DNA of 63,922 nt, filler included, from Perkinsus chesapeaki ATCC PRA-425 (lineage: Eukaryota > Protista > Perkinsozoa), in NCBI GenBank assembly GCA_013115145.1. It is 6 parts of 6 records of this genome, joined end to end, with 100 filler letters (N's around TTAATTAATTAA, not from the genome) between each part and the next. Parts side by side here need not be neighbours in the genome. Positions count along the whole stretch, not along the records: positions 26,374 to 51,814 come from JAAPAO010000525.1; positions 51,915 to 59,423 come from JAAPAO010001025.1; positions 59,524 to 61,237 come from JAAPAO010001816.1; 3 more parts are not named here. One strand, given 5' to 3'. The notes beneath the pieces were generated by a model. It saw nothing but the letters and a program-made list of their open reading frames with translations. It was not told where the DNA came from and did no database searches. The position numbers were made by a program, and so were the translations under genes. Shown one piece after another: positions 48,514 to 59,690 of this stretch. Within the stretch, counting starts at the first letter, position 1, and every line of letters begins with the position of its first letter.

Positions 48514-48936
48514 CTACTGACAAGAACCGGAAGCTAAGTCTTCGTACAGCTCTGGACCAAATTGTGTACGCACAATATTACTTTGAGAAAAGTATTCATA
48601 GTCCCTCAGATCTCCTGGGTCAACCTTTATAATCCCCAAACAAACGTAATTCTCGATAAAGCCGACAAAGTCGACGTAAGTTGGATACGATGCTGTGGTG
48701 ATTTCGTAGTGCGTAGGAGAGCTCTTCTTGATAGTCAAGGTAATATTATCCTTGTGTTGCCCACAAATTACGAGTATATTTAGCGGTTGCGCTGCATTAG
48801 CTGCTCTATTGAGCCAGTCTACTTGCACACAGACATTACCACCGATATGCTTGAAGTATTTACCGACAGGGCCAGTACTTGCTTGTAATTCCATAAAGGA
48901 TAGTGATATGGTTAGTAGCAACCAGACGAGGGCCAT
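48514..48936 (-). CDS. Secreted 4-Cys protein family F2, copy 2 (140 aa)
   Basis: Differs from copy 1 at four residues that I can see (S/G, D/H, C/Y, R/K). Confidence 0.78.
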   Translation of the reverse strand: MALVWLLLTISLSFMELQASTGPVGKYFKHIGGNVCVQVDWLNRAANAAQPLNILVICGQHKDNITLTIKKSSPTHYEITTASYPTYVDFVGFIENYVCLGIIKVDPGDLRDYEYFSQSNIVRTQFGPELYEDLASGSCQ

Positions 48937-50659
48937 TTTTGGGTAATTATAACTAACTCGTGAGCAACCATGGTTTCTTAACCGGTGATCAAGAAGACAA
49001 AATCCCAAAGGCGTTGAAGCCATTAGGGCGTTCGTTTACTTGTATACAACCCAGGTATTCCCAAATTATGGCCGACTTTAGCTCGAGGGATGTCACCACC
49101 AAATCACATCGGCAAGACTCACGCTCATTGATGGATGATTTACACGCAACAGCTTTGCCTGGTGGAGCGGCTCCACGATGGAGCCTCCATCGTAGCCACG
49201 AGGGTAACTCGTAGTTTGCAAATTAACGGCCCAAGAATTCAGGATTTGAACTTTGGGGACACTCCCAATATGCATCGCCCAACATGTTTAATACACCACA
49301 TTTTACACTGTTAGCCTTGTGGGCGGAGTCATGACCGATGCGTCCATTGATAGTAACGGTACTACAGACAGTGCCAATTGACATATCGATCATCGCATAC
49401 TGCACGATGGTCTTCTATCAAGGGTTCATACGAAATACTGCTTACTGGGCAGGCAGAACAGATACGCACAATAGCTGTAGACCTTGAATCAATGAAGCTA
49501 GCTGATCTCAGCATGATCCCAGCGTGTCTGTTCCTATGACTAATTCGCTGTGCACGTGGCACGTGTGCGCTGCGCACTAATCCGCTGAAGAAGCGCCACG
49601 CCCATGGCCCATGGCCGACGTCAGCGGAATTTAGTGTGTAAAAAATGGTTGATTGAATCGATTCCAGTTTCGAGATTGAAAAATCCCAGATAAGTAATTC
49701 GGGATTTAAATTCCTTTATCAATGAGATATTCTCATTGAGAATAATATAACCTCTAATACGACAGCATATATCAAAAGCAAAAAGAGTAGTATCACTCAT
49801 AACAGTCTGTTCCCCTCTCAACCAAACTCGATAAGATATGAGTGGGAGATACTTCGAATATAGTGGGCATGTGAGCCGCGTACCGATTAAGACTTACTCT
49901 GGAACTCTGATTTCTTAAGAGCTCAATAAGTATTATACTATTACGGACCAGTCGCACAATAATTTTCAATTCTATAGTGATACCATTTATATAGTCCGAG
50001 TTGAAACGTAACTTACGAGTGCACTTGATGTAAAAAAGAAGGTCATGTGTTGCGCGCTTAATACAGTTTACTGAGCTCAAGGGTATGTCTTTATTGTGAA
50101 CGCCATTAAGTGGAGCGGCCGATATTGGAATCGGCTCGCTGAGTTTAAGTTGGGTTCGGTGAGCGATTACCCAGGTCGGAGCGAGCTGCACGCAAGCTGC
50201 AGTCACGTACTGCGTCATGCTTGAAAGTGCAAGTGGTTCTTGACTTGAGAATGTTAGCTTGGATTAGACGTGACACGCCGTCGTTTTCCGTTAATAGTTT
50301 AACGCAATATTACAACCTTGGTTGGAGTATATGAGAGAGGGTCTATCCGGGTTACTAAACCGGCTGATAATAGGCGAATAGTCGACTGTAGCTTACCATA
50401 TAACACGCATGAACAAAAGGCGTGTGAGCGGAAGTGTATATAAACCTGCTTCAATGGGCAAGGACTAGCCACTGGACAAACGAACTGTTATGACCATTAT
50501 GGTCATCTATGGCAGTACCGTACTGTCAGCATGTAGTACGCTGCGCTTTATGTGCGCGAGTATCACTATTGAGATGAAAATACGGTACAGCAAGGAGAGG
50601 CTGACCTTCACAGTTTACCATAAACGAACTCCAGCTAGGCTCGCTGAGCTAGCAACCTT

Positions 50660-51064
50660 CTACTGACAGGTGCCTCACCTCAGGTTAATGATACTGCCCT
50701 GAAAACGTGTGAGCACAGAGCGTGAGCCTCCGCTGTAAGTGAAAAAGCTCATGTCAGGTTCCCCCGGAAAGGTCTTGAGTTCGCATTGCTTGTGTGACTT
50801 ATCAATGGAGTCGTTGTACCCACCTAAACTGCTTGCAGCTAAAGTGTGTGATAGGGTACCAGGCTGATCGACAGCCAGATGTGCCGAGTATCTTGCATTA
50901 TACCAATAGATGATATCATCAATGAACATTTGTTCACCGTGGCTTGCCCAGGTAGTCTGAATACACACGTTATTGTTGATCTTCTTGCTATAATCGCCAA
51001 AAGGAGCAGCCCCTGCGCTCCAAATCCACAAGAGTAGACCGGGCAGCAGGCGAATGGTTACCAT
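50660..51064 (-). pseudogene. F3 copy 2 with premature TGA four codons before the ancestral stop
   Basis: agg TGA ggc acc tgt cag TAG, versus gag CGA ggc acc tgt cag TAG in copy 1; Cys2 is also replaced by Trp (IIYWYN). Confidence 0.7.
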
Positions 51065-51814
51065 GCTACCGATGGGGCAGAATCAACGCAGCTGAAAGAC
51101 TGGCGTTCAAATGCACTCCCTGAAGCCCCGAGAAGGCAGGGCATAGTGAACTTGCGCAGACTACGCTGCGAATATACCCTATAGCGGTCCAAGGTGGCCC
51201 GCGTGAGGCATCATAGTTACGAAACTCTCAGAATATTGAGACTTCCAGTGTAACTATGGAGTTTCCTCATGGCCGTTGCCAAGCAAAACGGCAATACCCC
51301 TTTCCAAGGATAATTCATCCAATGAGAAAATAGCGGCTTCAGAGACCGGGATTACGCTAAATCGGATTTGCATTTGCATCATCCAAACAAGGCTTTATTC
51401 CAGCCAGGCACGCATGTGCAACTTGGATCCACTAAGGGACTGTCTCGTGGCGCCTTTTGGAGACGTTCCACGCGTCACGCTACACTTGGGCTCCTCAAGG
51501 ACCCGAGATCTTGTGCCACTCGAGCCTCCGGCTAGACAAGAAGGTCACTCTCACTTTCTCGAGATACACGAGCTCATCAAGACCACACGCCTCATTCTCT
51601 TTACTATGTAGACTAAGAATGGCTATGTCATGGCGCCACCGTAACACAGTAAGTAACACTTTTGGGGGCGCATAAAATCCCATCGAACACGGGAGTGCGG
51701 GAGGAATACTCAAACCCGAAACCCGAACACACTCCAAAAGCTGAGCGGGAAGAGGTTTCGGTTTGGGTATCCATGTCAAAGCAGCAAGTGACCCAAGGCA
51801 AATCTAGGGGCCGT

Positions 51815-51914
51815 NNNNNNNNNNNNNNNNNNNNNNNNNNNNNNNNNNNNNNNNNNNNTTAATTAATTAANNNNNNNNNNNNNNNNNNNNNNNNNNNNNN
51901 NNNNNNNNNNNNNN
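51815..51914. other. Assembly gap/linker
   Basis: 44N-TTAATTAATTAA-44N. Confidence 0.98.
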
Positions 51915-51987
51915 GCAGAGAAGGCGACGATGCTGCGAATGCTAAGCATTTAGACTTGATGCTGGCAAAGCTAACAAACATCACATT
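51915..51987 (+). repeat. 73-bp contig-terminal repeat, exact inverse of 59351-59423
   Basis: gcagagaaggcgacgatgctgcgaatgc...aaacatcacatt. Confidence 0.95.
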
Positions 51988-53492
51988 AACGAGCTAATGG
52001 AGAGAAGAGATGAGCTGCCACATGTCTTGAACTCCCTTTACAGTTAAGAATTAATCCCCCAGGAAGTCCAGATGCTATACTCAATAATGTGCGTATTCTC
52101 GGCAGAGAAAGCTTCCATGAAACCGTCAACAGTTTTTTCGAGAAGTATCTTTGTGTTTGCGTGCTTGTCGTGTACTAGACCGCACCGTAAGTCGATTTCG
52201 GCCGAGGTCTGCCAGACGGTGCGGAAAACCTTGAAATAGCATTATCATAAACCATGTTACACCGAGTCGTGCAATACAACAAATCATCATGACGTGTCTT
52301 GTACTGCGAACTCAGAAAACTTAAACCCGAATGAAAGAGCAACTTCGTGCGTTCCTTGTGCTGCTTTGTACAAGATGGTGGCGGACTTCAATTTCTTGAC
52401 ACCGTGGAGGGATACCTAGTCAACTAATGTTTAGCAATAATCGTTTATATAGCCCAAGTCCTCTGACTCTCTTGTTGAGGGCAAGTAGCCTCGCCATCGC
52501 TTCCTCCTCCTAAATAAACGGCCTAAGCTGAGGCCCGTGGGCTAAACCTTGTAGCCGTAGTGGTGCCGCTGAAGTAGTCAAGGGCTGGATCCTGAAGGGT
52601 TCTTGCGGGATGACTGAGTTAGAAAGCACGGATGCTTGGAGGTACAGTTCGAGCCGGAGTCGGTTCCTTGTCCTGTCCCATTGTGTTATAGTTACACAGT
52701 GCTAGTGCAAGCCAGTCTAGCTAGTGAGTGAGTGCTTCAACTGTAGCGTGGAGGCAGGTCACTTTGCTGTATTTGCTCGTTATCATGTAGTCTTGGCTCA
52801 AGTTGAGGCATCACTGCTGATTTTTCTTCTGGTTTGTTCTGGCACATTCTCTGCGGTCGACTATTGACTGGATATGTATATACTCATGATACTACTGTTG
52901 TATGTATATATATACATTCATTTAGATGTCTATTCGGCACTGCACGGTATCTGTGCTGCACATTGTGTGGCGGTGGTCCGCTATCGGTACCAACTGCAGA
53001 AAAGCCAGATGATTAGCCCATGAGTGTATTAACTGTTGTGTTACAAGGATCGGCTCGCGAAGGCGAAGATACTGTATCGGTAAGTAGCTTCTGTACAGTC
53101 GCATAATGTCATTTCATACGTATAGGGAATGCACGAATCCGTTAGTGTCCGATGGGTACAATCTGGTTGCGACTACTGAGCCTTGCCTGACTATAAACTC
53201 AACAGACCTGCTTGAGACTCAATCGTCATGTAACCATGGAGAGTCTACACCTAAAGTCCGGCTTTGCGGATAATTGCTCTGTAACGAACTAACTTGACTT
53301 AACAACTTTGACATGAAAATCTGAGACGATAAACAACGCCGCGAGACTGAGGTGGAGATTAGTTAGGAGCACTCACCAATTATCGAACCTAATTCAACAT
53401 CAACGTCTGTTCGCATCGCTGCTGTCGGCTTAAACGATAACACATTAGGATAATCCCGAAAAGGATGAGTATAACCATACCGATGGCCGGCA

Positions 53493-56400
53493 CTAACGAA
53501 TGAACCTTGAAAGGGAAGCGTTAATCAACTGCTTATGTGATAGGATACCTCGGTCACACCATAGTGGGTGGTGTCGGATTCCATGTCTGACAACTAAGAA
53601 GTCGAGGTAATCCACCACAGTAAGCTTACGCGTATCCCTCAAGCGCCTGGCTTCAGTAGTAGTAACCACCTCTAAGGATGCTCCCAGGGAAGTACTTGTC
53701 AGCGTCAGCGCTTCGGTGTCGGTAATGGTATCAGTTGTCGCTGCCGGTGTCATAGACGTGGTGACCGTTTCAACTGTTGGTTGAGTGGTAATCATCGGAA
53801 TGCTGCTGGGCAATACTGAATACCCAGGAGTAGTTAAATGCATACTGCTGCTGCTAAGGGATGGCGGAGCACCGATGGCTTCTGTTGTCAGCGTAGTTAC
53901 GGTTGTCCACGCGGTGTTGTCAGTCGTTGTGGCCGGCCATGAATTTGTTGATGTTGCAGATGTCGTCAGGGTTACAGTGAATGGACCCGGGAAAATATCT
54001 CCACTCGGTCCGCTGGTTGAACTGTTCCACCAGCTTATCGTCGTGGTCGTTGTTGTTGTTGTTGTTGTTGTGGTAGTCGTGACGCCAGTAACCGTCATTG
54101 CCGTACGTGTCGGGAACTCCGGCGTCGGCTTCTTATCTCTGGGATCCTCTGTAGTAGTTGTATTAAGCGGGAGAGCTCGAATGATCTTCTCACCAGCTTC
54201 TTTCATATACTTCCATTGACTCATGGCGAACAAGCCGCCAAAGACACAGAAGCCTTCGCAGTTCCCGGTGCCGAGCGTATTGGTCTCTTGTCCCACAATA
54301 ACCATACCACTCCTTCTTGGCATCCTCCTAGAGGGTACCGCAATCTTCCCGTCGCCATCAGCGATCAGGACCGATGTCCAAACATCATCATTGAGTCCAT
54401 CGTCAGTACCAATTGCCGACCATCCCGAATTGGTGAGGAGTGCACAGACCAAACGATTGTCGGATGGATTCCAAAGCAAGTAACGGAGGCCGTTCACACC
54501 AACCACGTCGTTGCCGCCGCAGTTGACAACTCCAAAGGGAATGTCAACTTCGCGAGTCGCCTCAGCCATCACACTAACCGGTGCCCGACCGGCTGGCACT
54601 TCGAAAGTGGCCGTTGCTCGACCATCATGGAGGATAACATTATATTTCTCGAATACTTCCTCGCCTACTTTCATTGAGACTGTTACCAATAGTCCAGTCT
54701 CCGCTGTGTTGACGATACCACCGTACTGCAAGGCCAACACGTCAACTCCTGTCGGACCACCGTAGCTCGAGAGGGCTCCGTAGCTGTCTAGGAGCTTCAC
54801 ATACAGGGACTCGGTCGCGGACATGGTGATTGGTGGAGCGGTCGTCGAGCTCGATCCCGACACTGTGAGCTCTATACCCTCTGACCACCCCTTCTGGGCT
54901 TGTTCATGATGATGAGAACCAGACATGTCGCCGCAGGAGCCATCGAGGAACCAGTTTCCAGACCCGAAAGGGGGCGCATTCAATGTTGCTTCGACAGTGA
55001 GGGTTGTTAAGGGAGAAACAACTACAGAAGATGACGAGACTCTCGGTGACCACACTAGTGCCATAGCGCTTGTCTGGTTGATAATGCTGGCAGAGTTCAC
55101 GTAGCCGAAGCCGACCGCCACAGAGTCGCCCATATGCAGTGATTGTCTTCCATCGTAAAACAGGATAACACGACCATCGTAGTGCAGATGGAGCTGCGTC
55201 GTCAGGTTAGCTTGGGATCCTACCACACCAAGGTTGCGCCACTCGACGACAAAGCTCTCATCGGTACTGAGGTACGCCACTTGACAGCCCGTGAAACAAC
55301 CAGCTCGCTCTGAAGGGACGCTGTAAGCCGACATACTCCCTCCTGGCGAGTGGAACGGCGAGACTCTGATGGCTCCGTTGCATAGGATACCAACATGGTC
55401 AACTTCATGGCCATCGAAGAGTATCGTCGAGTTGAGATGTACATAAGTCGTCTCTCGTTGTTGAGCCGTACACTCGAGAGTCGTCCCTCTAGCTCCGATA
55501 TCCTTGGCCCAGCCTCCACCGAGGGACGTCAATGGCGAAGTGATATCTCCAATGCGGATGGGTTCCATAATATAGTATTGTCCCCTAGGCCTCAGCACTG
55601 CTCTATAAGAGGTATCGTTGGATGGATTCCAGATTGACACTTCAACGTCGGCTGAGTTGCTCCCGGCCGGCAAGGACACTCTGTCCAGGTCGACGCTGGT
55701 GATGTTGAGCGGGCTAGGTCTCACAGTTGCGACAATCGTCAGTGGTTCGCATCCGTCAACCACGGAAGGCACTTCAATCTTGACATTGCCGATGGTATGC
55801 GCCAGAAAGTTAAGAGTGATATTGGCAGACTCGCCCTCGTTGAGGGTAAGAGCAGCGGTCGGCTCCATCACAGTAATGATCGGCGACCAGCCTACCAACT
55901 TCACAGGGTCGATGAGCAACTCCCCTGCAGCAGTATTGTGAATCTTGTATGTCAGTGAACCTGAGAGATAACTGAGCCAACCGAAGAGACAGGTTGTGGT
56001 TACCCAGCTGACCATAGGCTAGTGCGCCCAAATCAGCCACCCCTTCGTTGACCGGCTCGCATACGCCAGCATCCTTCGGACCGCTGCGGCGTACCTCTAT
56101 GAAGAGCTTGACTAAACCTCCACCGATTGTGCCTCGGATGTCATATCTGGTAACGTAATATATCTATTTCCGGCCTATTTCCAGATTCATCTTGCTCGAA
56201 ATTAACTCCAAAAAGGGAAAGCACGCGGTTAAGACCTCCTAAAGAAGCCTATTTCTACTCAGGGGTAGTCGTTCAACCTCATTAACCTGCGCCCGTACCC
56301 GTCAAGTGCCCCCGCATGCGATAATAGTGTATCCTCTAAGGTAATTGACCATTGCAAATTGCATATTGTAATCCTGCTCTTAGCGTTATGAAAGTCACGG

Positions 56401-58755
56401 TATTATTTATATATTCCCTGACCATCGGCATACTCGCGGTAGCCGATCAGTGTCGGCAAATAGAACACCCTCAGTGTGATTGTCTTCGACTGGGCTGGTC
56501 TCAGTTTGATTCTATTAACTGTTTTCTCCTCGTCACCAGCCACGACACTGATGGGCCTGGCAAAGCACTTCAAATGGCTACTGGTTCTCGAGAGATACCT
56601 TCTCGGTGTCTTGAGTCCAGTGATAGCCTGCAGAGCTTCCTCAGCATTAACGTGACCGTAAGCTGTTCCTTCTGACGCATCAGCTGTGGTGATTATGGCG
56701 GCCACGACTTCGTCGAACGTCAACGGGAATGGTCTTCGGGCTGAACAGTTAACATAGAAAAGGCAGATTGTCTCCGGGAATTGCCTGCGGTTAATAGAGC
56801 CATGATGCCAGCTAGCTGGGCCGCCGCCACGCTGGTTCCGGTCGCTGTGTCATAATCTCTTCCTATTGTTGCCCCGCGGATGTTTTCCCCCGGAACCAGC
56901 ACGTCGACAACGCCTGGGAAGCGGTCGATCAGGAGAGCTATGAGGGAAGACATTCACCTGGTCCGAAATTGGAGTTCATGACAAGATCACCGTCAGCTCC
57001 TCCGGCTGCGGTACAGATGACATTATTAGCGGCAAAACCGCAAGGGTAGCTTCCAGCAGTCTCATCCAAGCTCACACCAGAGTTCCCAGCGCTCGCGACG
57101 AGCAAATGTCCCGACTTCTCGGCACGGTCCACAGCCAAACGGAAAACCTCCGAGTAGCTATCGAGGACCCACGTGACGCTGCTGATTGAGACACCCTTAT
57201 CGATGGCGTAGTCGAGAGCACTGAGTGCATCCGAGAGCCTGCCGTTGTTGGTATGACCGGTCTCGAAGATCTTCAGCGGGAGAACTCTGGCATATGGCGG
57301 CCCTGCCAGGCCGGCAGCGAGGCCATCACTGACACCGGCGATCAAACCTGTTCTTTGACGGAGCGATTCACGAACTTTCAAAATGCTCATCCTACTTGCG
57401 CAGTGGGTACCATGTCCAATATTATCCATAACGTTAGCATTGTCGTGGACGAAGTTCCATCCACGAATCTGAGTAAGCATCATAATCATCACGGATGCTT
57501 GCTGTCGACCAAAGACGTCACATCATCAACGAATCCGTTGCTGTCATCATCAGTCGCGACAATTCCATCGGTCTCTGGATGGTTGATGAAGATTGACTTT
57601 TCTAGGGCGGGATGAGTGAAATCAATACCTGAATGGGACCTAATAAAGTCATTTGCTTGGATTCCCTCCACCTGAGTCTATCACCGCCACAGTCACTAAA
57701 GAGCTATCGTCTACTCGCCAGCTGTTTCCAGCACCAAGCCGGTCAAGCATTGACGATCTGAGAGTGATGGTGGGCGAATCAGAGCTTGCTTCTGGCCCTA
57801 CTCGTTAATGCTTTTAATATTGGAATAGTCGTAGCCGACAAAGCTCCTCTTAGACACGGCCTTCGTCAATTCCGTCCAAGCTATCGACTCTCCAGTCAAT
57901 ATGAGTGGTAAGTCGGCCTCAGCTATCACTCCAACTGCTGCTAGGTGATCGATGACGTGGGCTCTAGGAATCACTATTACACTTGCTGACACACTCTCAG
58001 ACCTACATATCCGAAGTGCTGGGTACTTGTAATATGCCCAAGCTGAGCTTGTCGAGAACGATGGTCTTTTCTATCATCGCAGACATATTCCTTGATTCGA
58101 TCACACTCGAAATGTTGTGGCCGGCCAAACTGTGACAAAACTCTTCACCAAAAAGTCAGCTTAAGCCTCACTCTAAAATGATCCTTCTTGTCGATGTCTT
58201 CGCCTTCTGGTCTCGTGGGAAGTTCTAAGACCAACAATGACCAATGAACACAAAATACAGCAACTCACTCTGGTGAAGGCAGGTGTTCCCGCTACACGAA
58301 TGCTTCGGTTTACCAATGGGGAGATCTGAGTGAAAGTTTCAGCAGAACAAGGTTACCATCAAGCCGTCCTTACCTGATATCCTTCAGTGAAGTCTATCAC
58401 TTTCAAATCCTGCCCGATGTCCTCAAAGTCGATGATCTCAACACCGGGTCCTGTGTTAGTGAGCACTATGTCGTAGTCTGTACTGCCGGTGTTGTTTGGG
58501 CTATCGTATGCCCTGACGAAAACACCTTACTATTATGTCATCTTGATGGCCTCCTCACATTTGCATGGTGACAGCGGACGGGGTAGCGGCAATGTACTTC
58601 GTGGTCTGTAGAGATCGGCCACGACGGGCCCTTTGACATGAAGCCTCTTCCTCCCACTCAAATCCATCACCATCGAATGCGTCGAGACAGTCTTCATTCT
58701 GCTGAGCTACTGCGACTACCGACTGAATCATCATAAGAATTATCAGCTTTATCAT
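53493..58755 (-). CDS. Large secreted subtilisin-like S8 protease with long C-terminal extension and Thr-rich stalk, multi-exon
   Basis: Signal MIKLIILMMIQSVVAVA (58755); Asp in VTVAVIDS|GIDFTHP (split by an intron), His in GHGTHCA, ASAGNSG, Ser in GTSVAA. Then a 2.5-kb open exon (ORF 53493..56015) with FVVEWRN..TQLHLHYDGRVILFY and poly-Thr. Exon joins are inferred. Confidence 0.8.
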
Positions 58756-59350
58756 GTTGCGAAGAAGTAATTATATTTCAACTGCTTTACATCGCGGGCT
58801 TCATCTCACTTTGCGGATCAGCTCAAAGGGGGAAATTGAAGGCGCGTATAATGTATAGGAAGCCATAGGCGATCAGTTCGCCGTCTTCAGAAGCATATCT
58901 CCCAGGCCGATCAATCTTCTTTGAAGTACTTAGAGTGTTAAAGTCTAGTACGAAGAGTACACTAGTAAGTACACTTCATGTTTCGTACTAACTGACTTAC
59001 ATTCATAACCTACTTACACGATTTACACAGGTTAAGATTTCACATAGTTCTATCTTGGCAAATCTTCGTATCACTTGAAGCTACTTTATCATATTCTGGA
59101 ATGAGGTTGAGTACACCCCACGACTGGCAATTCCTCTGCTGGAGAGCGCGTTTAGTACACGGCAAGCACGCAAACACAAAGATACTTCTCGAGGAAAACT
59201 GTCGACAGTTTCATCGGACCGCACGGCCCCAGTCGAGGATGGCCCCTTATCAATTACTTATGCGGCTTATCCATATGATAGCCTCTTTGGCCGTGTTGGG
59301 AGACCAAGTATATCTTCAATTTATCTCACGTCCTCATTAATTAACTTCTA

Positions 59351-59423
59351 AATGTGATGTTTGTTAGCTTTGCCAGCATCAAGTCTAAATGCTTAGCATT
59401 CGCAGCATCGTCGCCTTCTCTGC
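59351..59423 (-). repeat. 73-bp contig-terminal repeat, exact inverse of 51915-51987
   Basis: aatgtgatgtttg...cgtcgccttctctgc. Confidence 0.95.
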
Positions 59424-59523
59424 NNNNNNNNNNNNNNNNNNNNNNNNNNNNNNNNNNNNNNNNNNNNTTAATTAATTAANNNNNNNNNNNNNNNNNNNNN
59501 NNNNNNNNNNNNNNNNNNNNNNN
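59424..59523. other. Assembly gap/linker
   Basis: 44N-TTAATTAATTAA-44N. Confidence 0.98.
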
Positions 59524-59529
59524 CTACGC

Positions 59530-59690
59530 TGTGAAGGTTGTGATCGATCAACCAATGAGAAGAGTTTATTGGTGTGTGATAATGATGCGTGTCAAAAAGG
59601 GTATCATCTTGGGTGCCTCACTCCTCCCCTACCAGTTGAGTCTCTTAAATGTGCGACCTTTGAAAGTGAACGGTGGCTTTCCTCACACTG
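59530..59690 (+). pseudogene. PHD finger fragment, degenerate or partial gene at contig start
   Basis: CEGC..LLVCDNDACQKGYHLGCLTPPL..WLSSHC (C4HC3 pattern, seventh ligand missing). Confidence 0.65.

Larger units (their letters stand above)
48300..51660. repeat. Segmental duplication unit 2
   Basis: Matches 36060-39500. Confidence 0.92.

Noticed and set aside
53785-55941. Plus-strand Val-rich ORFs
   Set aside because: Antisense shadows of the Thr-rich subtilisin exon; the same applies to 63452..63724.
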